Shown: positions 1-9,519 of the stretch, in pieces | Layout of the letters: each line of letters begins with the position of its first letter | Position numbering within the stretch: position 1 is the stretch's first letter | Assembly (NCBI GenBank): GCA_051715425.1 | Contig: JBPXJS010000011.1 | Span: 33,581-97,580 of the forward strand | Origin: Bacteroidota bacterium | Lineage (GTDB): Bacteria > Bacteroidota > Bacteroidia > UKL13-3 | Reading direction: 5' to 3' | Length of the DNA: 64,000 nt | Made by a program: the position numbers and the translations under genes | The notes under the pieces: model-generated | The model's input: only the letters and a program-made list of their open reading frames with translations | Told to the model about the DNA's origin: nothing | Databases searched by the model: none

Positions 1-933
1 CAGATAACCTGATTGTAAATAAGTGGTATATGCCCAGGGAATAAGAATAAACGCTGCAGCAAGCACGAGAAAGAGAAAAACGCGTTTACCCGGTTTGTAA
101 AATAAAACGATCCAGCCTACCGGTAAGAATAACGCAATGGCAGATAGTTTAAAGGTAACCATAACCATCAGGACGAAGGAAAAAAGAAAGAGGAATCCTT
201 TGGTTTTTTGGTGATTTTGAACCCACTCTGAAAACAAGATGACACTGAACATGGTAATCACATAATCATTGGTTACAGCTCCGGTGTATTTTCGGAAACT
301 CATGGCACACACATATAACAGAATGATAAATTTAAGCATCGGGTACTTGTCTGTTTTGTTTGGGAGGAAATAAAAAACAGCAAGAACCAGTAGCAATGCA
401 TTTAGTGTATACACAGATCTTAAGCCCAGAAAGTGCATACCGGTAAAGGCATGCAGCAAAAACCAGTTGGAGTTGTTTCCCAGTTGTCTGCGCACGTTAC
501 CTACACCAGGCACAGTAGCATATTCCTCTATCCATCTGATGGCCTGAAGGTGGTAATCTCCAATATCACCAGTACCGGCCCGGCCAACAATATTAATCAG
601 TGCAGCAGCTATTCCTGAAAGAAGAAGCCATTTCCCGGATGATGTTTCCGGCCATTCTATCTTAGGAAAGGAGTCAATGCACTCTTTTCTGAAAGGAAGA
701 AATATAAACGCCTGAAGTAACCAGAAATAGAGATGTGCCCATATTCCTATGTGTCCAAAAAGGTGAAATAATTGCAATACAACTGCGGTCCAGCAAAGTC
801 CCGCAATTATTTTTATCACCGGATGGGTAGTAATTTTTTCTCTGGTTATTTTCTCAATAAGAAGAAGAAATAAGGTACCGGCTATCCAGGTTGCAATAAT
901 GGCATAAGCAAGCAAAAATATTCCGGCCAGCAT
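1..933 (-). CDS. Polytopic integral membrane protein, first 311 codons only (ORF runs off the window start); function unknown
   Basis: My own minus-strand translation starts at the ATG at 933-931. No tta/cta/tca triplet occurs in that frame down to position 1 (MLAGIFLLAYAIIATWIAGTLFLLLIEK...). The product has many hydrophobic helices. The gene starts 10 nt after the stop of the upstream YfhO-like gene, so it is probably co-transcribed. It is missing from the ORF track because the window edge truncates it. Confidence 0.6.
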   Translation of the reverse strand, partial: MLAGIFLLAYAIIATWIAGTLFLLLIEKITREKITTHPVIKIIAGLCWTAVVLQLFHLFGHIGIWAHLYFWLLQAFIFLPFRKECIDSFPKIEWPETSSGKWLLLSGIAAALINIVGRAGTGDIGDYHLQAIRWIEEYATVPGVGNVRRQLGNNSNWFLLHAFTGMHFLGLRSVYTLNALLLVLAVFYFLPNKTDKYPMLKFIILLYVCAMSFRKYTGAVTNDYVITMFSVILFSEWVQNHQKTKGFLFLFSFVLMVMVTFKLSAIALFLPVGWIVLFYKPGKRVFLFLVLAAAFILIPWAYTTYLQSGYL

Positions 934-942
934 GGTTGGTTT

Positions 943-3402
943 TTATGCTGTTGGTTCAGCATTCTTTTTCCTGCGCATAAATTCAAATCCACCTGCAATT
1001 ACGATTCCGCCATATAAAAGGAATGATGCTATCAAGGAGATACCCTCACCTTTTGAAACCACTTCAGGTTCAAATTTAAATTCTATCTGGTGTTTACCTG
1101 ATGGTATTTTCATGCCACGCAACACATAATTACAGCGAAGGTATTCAGCCGTTTTGCCATCTATTGTTGCATTCCAACCTTTATCGTAATAGATCTCTGA
1201 AAAAACGGCCAGGTTATCGGATGTGGTATTTGCCTCATATACCAGTTTGTTTGGCGCATAAGAAATTAATCTGATGGATGCAGTAGAGTCAGCAGTCGGC
1301 TTAAGATCCTTAATCTGATCTGCAAACCGCTTATCAATAATAGCAGTTGTTTTAGAGTTAAAACGGCTCATGGAGTCTATTTCGGCATTTGCATCCGCCA
1401 CTGTGATCATATTGTTTACAAACCAGGCATTGCCGTTGGCATCAGGATTTAGCTGAGGGTACATATTGTTGCTGCTGTCGCCAACTATAAAGTATTTTAC
1501 ATTAAGCATATTATAAACCTCGGGATTGCCCTTGGAGAGGTGATAATCCACCAGTTCCTGGTATCTGCGCATTTTGGCACCATGGTATCCTCCGATGGAT
1601 TTATGCCAGTAGGATGTGATGGCATCCTGATCAAGCCTTTGTGTTGTATTGTAAACCCGATAGTGAATATCCTTGTCCTGAAGAATAAGCTCATCAGCCT
1701 GTGTTTTTGGAAATGCGGCATCGGGGTTTTTCTTTTTGGTTTCAAAGTCGGAGTCGTTTAAATAACGTTTGTCAACCCCCCACAGGTCAATTACAATTAA
1801 TAAGGTGAGTGAGGTAAGAAAAATATGTTGTTTTATTTTACCTGCAACAAAAAACCATATGAGTCCAAAAGACGCAGCTATAAACACAAGTGAGCGCAAA
1901 GCATCCATCTTTAGCAGGTTTTCCCTGTCAGAAATAAGTGAACCTCTCAGCCACTCAGGTAATCTTTCATCCATTGGCGATGAGTAGCTAAAAAACATAC
2001 CAGGTACCAAGGCAAAAATGAGGCATAAACCTCCTGTTATATAAAAACTATAAAGCAATGGCTTTTTAAAGTCGGCCGGCTTCATTTTACCCGATATTAA
2101 ATCACGTAATGCCAGCAGAGCAAGCAAAGGGAAAGTAACCTGGGTAATACACAGAATAAAGGTTACAGAGCGGAATTTGTTGTACAACGGAAAGTTATAG
2201 AAGAATAAATCGGTTAGAGGCATAAAATTTCGGCCCATAGAAAGCAAAATGGCTAGGACGGAAATGCCAAGAATCCACCATTTTTCTCTTCCTTTAATTA
2301 CAAATAAACCCAGAATAAAAAGGAAGCATACAATGGCTCCATAATAAATGGGTCCGGCCGTAAACGGCTGATCTCCCCAGTAAATAGGCAATCCCTGAAT
2401 AACCTGTTTGGCATTTGGTATACCATTATCTTTTAACGTTTTATAGGTTTGGGAACTCGTACTTAATTCTCCGCTGCTCGAACCACCATAGAAATTTGGA
2501 ATAAGCAGGGTAAATGGTTCTGCAACCCCATTGCTCCACTGCAAGGCATAATCTTTGTCAAGTCCAGTTGAAGCAGGTGCTTCCGCAGTTTCTCCCCCGG
2601 TTTCGCCCGCAGCACTTTTGGTTAGCTCAGATTGCCCTCTTATGCTATATTTACCATATTCTTCGGTAGGCAACAGGTTATTGGCATTTGTGGCTGCACC
2701 AATAGCTGCTGCCACACCTAAGTAAATGCCACATATAATCAGGTGAGTTAGTTTTTTCTCTTTTATTGCTGTAATAGCTTCCGCAATCATCCATACCAGT
2801 ATTAACAACATCAGGTAATAAGAAATCTGAACGTGGCCGGCTGTAAGTTGCAGCGAAAGGGCAATCCCCGTAATTAAGGCACCGATAAGTTTGTTTGTTC
2901 GAAAGGTATAGTTAATACCCGCAATTACCAGGGGCATATATGCAATGGCGTTGCCTTTACCCACGTGGCCTGCATCTATATTGATCAGGTTAAAGGAAGA
3001 GAACATGAAAGCCATACTGCCTGCGATTGCCAGCCAGGCGGAAACACCAAATGACAAGAGCATAATATAGAAGCAAACAAACATCAGCAACATGGTATCT
3101 AAGGGGTTAGGTAGCACTACACTTATATAGTGACTAACCGTTGTTGTAAAGTTGTTTTTATAGGAAGGACCAATCAGATATGTTGGCATACCACTAAATA
3201 TGGCGTTTGTCCAAAAAGTACGTTCTCCACTGGTTTTTTGAAATTGGTCAATTTCATGAAAAGATGCCTGCCATTGCTTAACGTCATGCTGCTTTAATGC
3301 TTTACCCGAAAGCATCGGATTAAAGTACAATACAACAGTAAAAATAGCGATAATGAGTGCAGCTAAATGGGGGAACCATTTCTTCTGAAAAAGTGGATTC
3401 AT
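943..3402 (-). CDS. YfhO family large polytopic membrane protein (glycosyltransferase-like)
   Basis: 819-aa ORF. The N-terminus (MNPLFQKKWFPHLAALIIAIFTVVLYFNPMLSGKALKQHDV..WQ) and more than 10 predicted TM helices followed by a C-terminal soluble beta-rich part and a final TM match the YfhO-family architecture as I recall it. Confidence 0.65.
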   Translation of the reverse strand: MNPLFQKKWFPHLAALIIAIFTVVLYFNPMLSGKALKQHDVKQWQASFHEIDQFQKTSGERTFWTNAIFSGMPTYLIGPSYKNNFTTTVSHYISVVLPNPLDTMLLMFVCFYIMLLSFGVSAWLAIAGSMAFMFSSFNLINIDAGHVGKGNAIAYMPLVIAGINYTFRTNKLIGALITGIALSLQLTAGHVQISYYLMLLILVWMIAEAITAIKEKKLTHLIICGIYLGVAAAIGAATNANNLLPTEEYGKYSIRGQSELTKSAAGETGGETAEAPASTGLDKDYALQWSNGVAEPFTLLIPNFYGGSSSGELSTSSQTYKTLKDNGIPNAKQVIQGLPIYWGDQPFTAGPIYYGAIVCFLFILGLFVIKGREKWWILGISVLAILLSMGRNFMPLTDLFFYNFPLYNKFRSVTFILCITQVTFPLLALLALRDLISGKMKPADFKKPLLYSFYITGGLCLIFALVPGMFFSYSSPMDERLPEWLRGSLISDRENLLKMDALRSLVFIAASFGLIWFFVAGKIKQHIFLTSLTLLIVIDLWGVDKRYLNDSDFETKKKNPDAAFPKTQADELILQDKDIHYRVYNTTQRLDQDAITSYWHKSIGGYHGAKMRRYQELVDYHLSKGNPEVYNMLNVKYFIVGDSSNNMYPQLNPDANGNAWFVNNMITVADANAEIDSMSRFNSKTTAIIDKRFADQIKDLKPTADSTASIRLISYAPNKLVYEANTTSDNLAVFSEIYYDKGWNATIDGKTAEYLRCNYVLRGMKIPSGKHQIEFKFEPEVVSKGEGISLIASFLLYGGIVIAGGFEFMRRKKNAEPTA

Positions 3403-3737
3403 ATTTGTGTTTTTAGGTTTGTAGAAACGATCAGACCTCTCTTCTGGTTCATAAAATAATCATAAAACGCAAAGGCATTTTATGGTTGCTTATGGCAAAA
3501 GAATCCGGGTATTTCATACAGTGTTCAGCTTCCGAATATATGTTTTGTAAATTAAGCTGCAAAATATGACGAAAATCACCTTGATTTTTAACAAATCACG
3601 TGTTGTGTCAAAATAAGGTAAAATGAGGGTTTGAGGCGTGATGAACCAATAAACACACCATTACTTTGTGCCACGTTTTGCATGATCGTTATAGGTATAT
3701 GCAAATTGTTAATCCATTATAAACCAATTAATAACAA

Positions 3738-5036
3738 ATGAAAAAAGTATTACTTCTTATCGCAGCCGCATTTACCACTACTCTTCTTTCAGCTCAGGTA
3801 CAGGATTCTGTGTCAATGGGGGCGGGCTCTCCGTCTTACCCGCTTGATGTATATTACAATATGTCAACCGGAGCAAAAGATACAGTTAGAAATACCAACT
3901 GGCACCTGGCTTTTTCTGTGCGTAATGTGCAACCGCCAAACAATGTGCTTCTGGCCGCAACAGTAAGAATTAATGAAGCAAGAGGTGTAACGGTTTACAA
4001 ATCATCACAATCCCTTGGCAACTGGACAAATTTCGACACCACCAACTGGCGTTTATGGCCTGCTGGAAAGGACAGTGATTCTTCCTGGGATGTTGGCGCT
4101 CTTAATCAGGGACGAACCAATGGGTTTGATTTTGGCTGGGGGGATTATAACATGACCTCTCACCATGTGGATGGCAAAGCGATTTTCCTTGTAAGGATTG
4201 CGAATGGCAGTTCATTTACCTACAAAAAACTAATGATTACTCAGCTAACCTTAGATACTACCTGGAATTTTACTTTTGCCAATCTTGATGGGTCAGATAG
4301 TACTGCGGTGAGTTTTAATAAGGCTACTTATGCCAATAAGTTTTTTGCATATTATAACCTGGTTTCAAAAACATTTGCCGATCGTGAGCCTGTGCGCAGC
4401 GGATGGGATTTGCTTTTTACCAGATATGTGGCCAAAGTGAGCTTGTTTGGTGTTGATACTTTTTATGCTGTATCGGGCGTATTAACAAACCCACTAAATG
4501 TAACAACAGCCAGAGTTAGTGGTGTGCACAGAGACAGCTCCAACAGATCAATGGTTAGCGCTTATTCTCCTGTAATCAATACCATAGGCTGGGATTGGAA
4601 AATTTCCCCAATGGGACCTCCGCCACCTACCTGGCCTATTGCTGATTCGCTTACTTTTTTTGTTAAGAAAGGAAACATCATTTATAAAATGCTCTTTGAT
4701 AAGTTTGCAGCCAATCCAAACAATATTGTTTTTAATAAATCTTCTGTTGATGTTACTGCAGTAAGTCACGTAAAAGGAATGATGGCAGATGTACAGCTTT
4801 ATCCAAATCCTGCAAAAGATTACCTGAATATTGTTGCCCATACTAAAATAAATTCTTCCAATGCTACCGTTTCCATAATTGATATGACCGGACGCACCAT
4901 ACTTTCCCTTCCAATGAGTAAATTTTCCGGAGGGTTTGAAAGCAGGTTAAATCTTACAGGAATAAATAAAGGAGTGTACTTTTATCAAATCATCACCTCT
5001 GAGGGGCAAATCTCAGGCAGGTTTATTATTGAGTAA
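3738..5036 (+). CDS. HmuY-like domain protein with T9SS type-A C-terminal sorting domain
   Basis: Signal peptide (MKKVLLLIAAAFTTTLLSAQ). WHLAF and GWDLLFTRY motifs are typical of the HmuY family. The C-terminus (LYPNPAKDYLNIV...GVYFYQIITSEGQISGRFIIE) is a canonical Por/T9SS CTD. The gene sits immediately upstream of a TonB-dependent receptor. Confidence 0.6.
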   Translation: MKKVLLLIAAAFTTTLLSAQVQDSVSMGAGSPSYPLDVYYNMSTGAKDTVRNTNWHLAFSVRNVQPPNNVLLAATVRINEARGVTVYKSSQSLGNWTNFDTTNWRLWPAGKDSDSSWDVGALNQGRTNGFDFGWGDYNMTSHHVDGKAIFLVRIANGSSFTYKKLMITQLTLDTTWNFTFANLDGSDSTAVSFNKATYANKFFAYYNLVSKTFADREPVRSGWDLLFTRYVAKVSLFGVDTFYAVSGVLTNPLNVTTARVSGVHRDSSNRSMVSAYSPVINTIGWDWKISPMGPPPPTWPIADSLTFFVKKGNIIYKMLFDKFAANPNNIVFNKSSVDVTAVSHVKGMMADVQLYPNPAKDYLNIVAHTKINSSNATVSIIDMTGRTILSLPMSKFSGGFESRLNLTGINKGVYFYQIITSEGQISGRFIIE

Positions 5037-5041
5037 TATCC

Positions 5042-7084
5042 TTGCGTATTCCGTTTTCATATTTTATAAAAACAACAATCACCATATTCATCATGGTGTT
5101 TGTTGTTTTTACTCATGCCTTAGCACAAACAAAGGACTCCATCAAAACACAGGCTACCGAAGAGGTAATTATAACAGGTCAATATGGAGAGAACAGCCTT
5201 ACCAAATCGGTTTATAAGGTAAAGGTTATTGACCAGAAGAGAATACAAATGCAGGGAGCCAATAACCTGAAAGACCTGCTGGCAAATGAATTAAACATCA
5301 GGGTGAATAATGATCCGGCATTGGGCAGTGGTTTGAGCATACAGGGAATAGGCGGGCAGAATATAAAAATTATGATTGATGGGGTTCCGGTAATAGGAAG
5401 GGAAGGCAATTTTATTGACCTGAATCAACTCAACCTGAATAATATTGAACGTATTGAAATTGTGGAAGGCCCTATGAGTGTTAATTTTGGCACCGATGCA
5501 TTGGGCGGAGTAATAAACCTGATTACCAAACAAAATCATAAAGCCAGCCAGCATGCCGGTGTTAAAACCTATTATGAAACCATAGGGCAATACAATGCGG
5601 GTATTAATTATGGGGCGCATCTTGGAAAAGAATGGCGTATTGAATTGAACATGGCCCGCAATTTTTTCGAGGGGTATTCAACCGGAGAGCAGTCAAGGGT
5701 AAAATTGTGGAAACCCAGAACCCAGTACTTTGGCGATATAAGTGTGAGTAAAAAATTTAAGAAGGCTACCGTTCGAAACATTTCATCTTTTTTTGATGAG
5801 AAAGTAACCAACCGGGATTCAGGCACCATTACTCCATACAGCGCATACGGCATTGATCAGTATTACTACACACGCAGGATTAGCAACACCGTGTTTTACG
5901 ATCATAAATTGTTTTCAAATCATCAGCTTCACGTCATTGGTTCATATAACTATTACAGGAGAATGATCAATACGGTAAGAAAAGATCTGGTATCACTTTC
6001 AGAAGCCATGATTCCTTCACCTCAATTTCAGGATACAGGTTATTTTGATAACTGGATGAGCCGGGGAACATTCTCACGCAATAAAGACAAATCGAAATTT
6101 AACTATCAGCTTGGATACGAAGTAAATTACGACCGCTATACCGGAAGCAGAATAGATGGAGGGAAACAATCCGTTTATGATATGAATGTATTTGGCAGTG
6201 CAGAGTTAAAATATATCAAACATGTGCTTATTCGCCCCGGGTTGCGCATTATGCATAACAGCAAGTACAATGCACCGCTCATACCATCTGTAAATATAAA
6301 GTGGGATGTGAACGAAAAAATAAGTGTTCGCGCATCATACGGCCGTGGATTCCGATCGCCTACACTTAAAGAACTATATCTGAGTTTTACAGATCCCTCC
6401 CATAATATTATGGGAAATCCTGAACTGAAAGCAGAAACACAAAACAACTATCAGTTAAGCACGTCTTATGAGATAAAAAGGGTTGATCGCATTTTTAAAA
6501 CCGATCTTGCTTTTTTTTACAACGAAATATTTGACAAGATTGATCTGGCTTTGGTTGGAAACAATTCTGTTGATGCAAAATATATTTCTGTAAGTAACTT
6601 TAAAAATGCCGGAACCAATGTAGGTGCTGAATATAAAGCCCCGAATTATGCCATTAGCACGTCTTATGCTTTTACCGGTATTAATAATTCGTTTATCAGC
6701 CAATCAGAAACCAACAAGTACTTTTTAAGTCATGAGTACCGGGTAAATGTGAGGTATTTATGGAAGAAAATAAAAACCAATATCGCCTTGTTCTATAAGT
6801 ACAATAGCCGCATTCAATCCTATCAGTATAATTTAAGTGATGGAACCATTAAAACCGGATTTATTGATGGTTTTGGGTTATTCGATGCCACTGTAGGTAA
6901 AAACTTTTTTAAAGATCACCTGAATATAAATGCAGGAGTTAAAAACTTATTGAACGTAATAAACGTAAATGCAAATATGACAGCAGGTGTGCATAGCAAT
7001 AATCAGGATGCCACTCCGGTTGCCATGGGACGAACCATATTTTGTTCCATTCAATATACCTTTGAATCGAAACTAAAAAAATGA
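5042..7084 (+). CDS. TonB-dependent receptor (HmuR-like position)
   Basis: 680-aa ORF. Plug-domain motifs are present (NLKDLLANELNIRV, IERIEIVEGPMSVNFGTDALGGVINLITK), followed by a long beta-barrel region. The TTG start at 5042 gives a plausible signal peptide; an alternative ATG lies at 5093. Confidence 0.85.
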   Translation: MRIPFSYFIKTTITIFIMVFVVFTHALAQTKDSIKTQATEEVIITGQYGENSLTKSVYKVKVIDQKRIQMQGANNLKDLLANELNIRVNNDPALGSGLSIQGIGGQNIKIMIDGVPVIGREGNFIDLNQLNLNNIERIEIVEGPMSVNFGTDALGGVINLITKQNHKASQHAGVKTYYETIGQYNAGINYGAHLGKEWRIELNMARNFFEGYSTGEQSRVKLWKPRTQYFGDISVSKKFKKATVRNISSFFDEKVTNRDSGTITPYSAYGIDQYYYTRRISNTVFYDHKLFSNHQLHVIGSYNYYRRMINTVRKDLVSLSEAMIPSPQFQDTGYFDNWMSRGTFSRNKDKSKFNYQLGYEVNYDRYTGSRIDGGKQSVYDMNVFGSAELKYIKHVLIRPGLRIMHNSKYNAPLIPSVNIKWDVNEKISVRASYGRGFRSPTLKELYLSFTDPSHNIMGNPELKAETQNNYQLSTSYEIKRVDRIFKTDLAFFYNEIFDKIDLALVGNNSVDAKYISVSNFKNAGTNVGAEYKAPNYAISTSYAFTGINNSFISQSETNKYFLSHEYRVNVRYLWKKIKTNIALFYKYNSRIQSYQYNLSDGTIKTGFIDGFGLFDATVGKNFFKDHLNINAGVKNLLNVINVNANMTAGVHSNNQDATPVAMGRTIFCSIQYTFESKLKK

Positions 7085-8082
7085 AATACCTCTATACCAT
7101 ATTAAGCCTTTTAGCCATTTTGTTTTCATCATGTGAGAAGGAGGAAACCCCGGTAACATTACCCCCGCGCGATTCTTCGGTTCAAATGACTTCTGTGAAC
7201 ATGGGAGAGGAATATGGCAACCAGATATTTTTTAATATTGATAATGGCCAAACCGCTGTGGTTGATAATAATTTATGGGACTTAAGTTTTGATGCCACTC
7301 CATCTGGTTTCAGCATATATATTAACGGAGGGAAAAATGTATTGGTTGCCAATACAGGTTCAAATCAATTCAGAAGCGGAATAAAAACGGCTGATCTCAA
7401 GTGGAGATGGGATGAGTCTTCCGGAAAACCAGATTCATTGGTGTTGGGAAGGTGGTGTAACTGGAGTTCCGGAAAAAGTTACGACAGTGTATATGTCATT
7501 GATCGTGGATTAGGGAAAGATAAACCGGAGAATTTTTATCAGTTTAGAATTAAACAGGTTACCCCTCAAAAGTACCTGGTTTCTGTATCTGATATGAATG
7601 GGGTAGAGTTAAAAGAGGTTTCAGTAATCAAAAATCCGGTGAAAACGTTGGTTTATTTCTCATTCTCGGGTGGGGGTGAATTTGTTGACTTCGAACCGGC
7701 AAAACATACCTGGCATTTTACCTTTTTAAGATACCGTTGGATCTATTATGAATATAATCCACCTCTCTTATATCAGGTATGTGGTATTCATCTCAACAGG
7801 CATATGGTGGATGTTGCGGTAGATAGCACCATGAGTTTTTACCAGATAAAACGGGAAGATGTAATGGGACTTCACTATGCTGATAAGCGTGATATTATTG
7901 GCTTTGACTGGAAGTTCCCTGATTTTACACCCAATGGGGTAAGATACAGAACCCGTACGTATGTAAATTACATTATCAGAGAAAAAGGCAGCGGCAAAAT
8001 TTATAAATTACGTTTCCTCGATTTTTACGATGATCAGGGCCGCAAAGGCGCACCAAGATTTGAGTATCAGCAGTTAAAGTAA
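7081..8082 (+). CDS. HmuY-like lipoprotein
   Basis: Lipobox (LFSSC). HmuY-family motifs NLWDLSFDA...IYINGG and TWHFTFLRYR are present. The start overlaps the receptor stop (ATGA), which implies translational coupling. Confidence 0.55.
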   Translation: MKYLYTILSLLAILFSSCEKEETPVTLPPRDSSVQMTSVNMGEEYGNQIFFNIDNGQTAVVDNNLWDLSFDATPSGFSIYINGGKNVLVANTGSNQFRSGIKTADLKWRWDESSGKPDSLVLGRWCNWSSGKSYDSVYVIDRGLGKDKPENFYQFRIKQVTPQKYLVSVSDMNGVELKEVSVIKNPVKTLVYFSFSGGGEFVDFEPAKHTWHFTFLRYRWIYYEYNPPLLYQVCGIHLNRHMVDVAVDSTMSFYQIKREDVMGLHYADKRDIIGFDWKFPDFTPNGVRYRTRTYVNYIIREKGSGKIYKLRFLDFYDDQGRKGAPRFEYQQLK

Positions 8083-8088
8083 AAGCTT

Positions 8089-9354
8089 TTATGCTTTAAC
8101 CAACCTTACTTCATTCAACTTGGTTTTATCTGTTGAAATGATGGTAAACTGAAAATTATCAATGGTAATAATTTCTCCCCTGCGCGGCAGGTCTTCGTGC
8201 CTGGAAAGGATATACCCTCCAAGTGTCTGATAATCCCCTTCAGGAATATTCAGTTCATACTTGTCATTCAGGTAATCAATTTCAAGCCTTGCATTAAATA
8301 GAAACTCTTTGTCGCCCAATTGTTTTTCGGTAAGCTGGTCCACGTCATGCTCGTCTTCAATCTCACCAAAAATTTCTTCCATAATATCTTCAATGGTTAC
8401 AATGCCTGCTGTAACTCCTAATTCATCTACAACAAGGGCAATGCTTTTATGCGATCTGGTAAAAATATTCAGCAATTCGTTGGCTGCCATTGTTTCGGTT
8501 GCAATTTCAATGGGAATCAAAATGGAGCGTATGGTTAATGGGGTTTTAAACACATCTTTTTGATGCACATATCCTATAATATGATCTACATTGTTGTTGT
8601 GAACCAGGATTTTTGACAGGCCTGAAGAAACAAATTTTTTATACAACTCTTCCACCGATGCCCCGATGCCAATGCTCACCAATTCTGTTCTTGGTGTCAT
8701 ACAATCCCTTACCCTCACATTGGCAAAGTCAAGTGCATTTTTAAATATTTCAGTATCCACATCCGCATCATCTTCCAGGTCTTCGCGGCTGTCAGAAATA
8801 TATTGGTCGAGATCCACTTTGCTGAAAACGGGTGTGTTCTCTGTAAAGTTAAGTTTAAACAGGTTGTTTAGAATAAACTTAGCCAGCCAGGTAATAAAAT
8901 GCACCAACGGCCAAAACAGGTAATAGGCAAAAAGAAATGGAACTGCCAATACCCTCAGGATAATATCAGGGTTAATCCGGAACAACGCCTTAGGAATAAA
9001 CTCTGCAGTAATAAGCACAATAAAGGTGGAGATAATGGTGGAAATAGCCAGTATCACAAATTTTTTCTCCGCAATTCCGGGTAATACACTTCTCAGAAAC
9101 GGATCGAGCAAAGCACCCATATAAATACCATAAAGCACCAGCCCCAGGTTATTTCCTACAAGGGTGGTACTGATAAACCGCGATGGGTTACTTACAAAAG
9201 GTGATAGTATTTTGGCAGAAAAACTGCCTTGTTTATTCTTCAACTCTATCAGCAATTTATTGGCGGTAATAAAAGCAATTTCAATACCCGAGAAAAAGGC
9301 GGAGATAAGTATGCTGATAAGAATAATAATCAGTGTATTGGAATCCATTAACAA
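8089..9354 (-). CDS. CNNM/hemolysin-family protein (DUF21 TM domain + CBS pair + CorC_HlyC)
   Basis: 421 aa. The N-terminal 4-TM DUF21-like region (FFSGIEIAFITANK), a central CBS region and a C-terminal CorC/HlyC-like part (GDYQTLGGYILSRHEDLPRRGEIITIDNFQFTI) are all recognisable. Confidence 0.8.
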   Translation of the reverse strand: MLMDSNTLIIILISILISAFFSGIEIAFITANKLLIELKNKQGSFSAKILSPFVSNPSRFISTTLVGNNLGLVLYGIYMGALLDPFLRSVLPGIAEKKFVILAISTIISTFIVLITAEFIPKALFRINPDIILRVLAVPFLFAYYLFWPLVHFITWLAKFILNNLFKLNFTENTPVFSKVDLDQYISDSREDLEDDADVDTEIFKNALDFANVRVRDCMTPRTELVSIGIGASVEELYKKFVSSGLSKILVHNNNVDHIIGYVHQKDVFKTPLTIRSILIPIEIATETMAANELLNIFTRSHKSIALVVDELGVTAGIVTIEDIMEEIFGEIEDEHDVDQLTEKQLGDKEFLFNARLEIDYLNDKYELNIPEGDYQTLGGYILSRHEDLPRRGEIITIDNFQFTIISTDKTKLNEVRLVKA

Positions 9355-9519
9355 ACTAGTTTATGTGCACAAATGTAGGGCATTTATAGAATAATTCTTA
9401 AGGGGTATAAAATCAGGCACTTATATGGCTTATGGTGTTTTGTTTAACCTTACCGGCAGCAACAGGTAATTTTTCATTTCCCTGCCTTAAATGCTATATT
9501 TACCGCCAAACTATTACCA

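Noticed and set aside
433-1129. Small plus-strand ORFs 433..618 and 932..1129
   Set aside because: Both are antisense to continuous minus-strand membrane-protein ORFs (1..933 and 943..3402) and have no supporting features.
3425-3475. Fur-box-like AT-rich sequence (TCATAAAATAATCATAAAAC) in the 335-nt region upstream of the HmuY-like/receptor cluster
   Set aside because: Only about 10 of 19 positions match the classical Fur consensus. It lies about 270 nt from the HmuY-like start and next to the YfhO start. AT-rich intergenic DNA gives such matches by chance.
8089-9354. Considered calling this CNNM/CBS/CorC protein the gliding-motility protein GldE
   Set aside because: The domain architecture fits, but Bacteroidota usually carry a non-motility paralog as well. 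No gldD or other gliding genes are adjacent, so the specific name is not justified.
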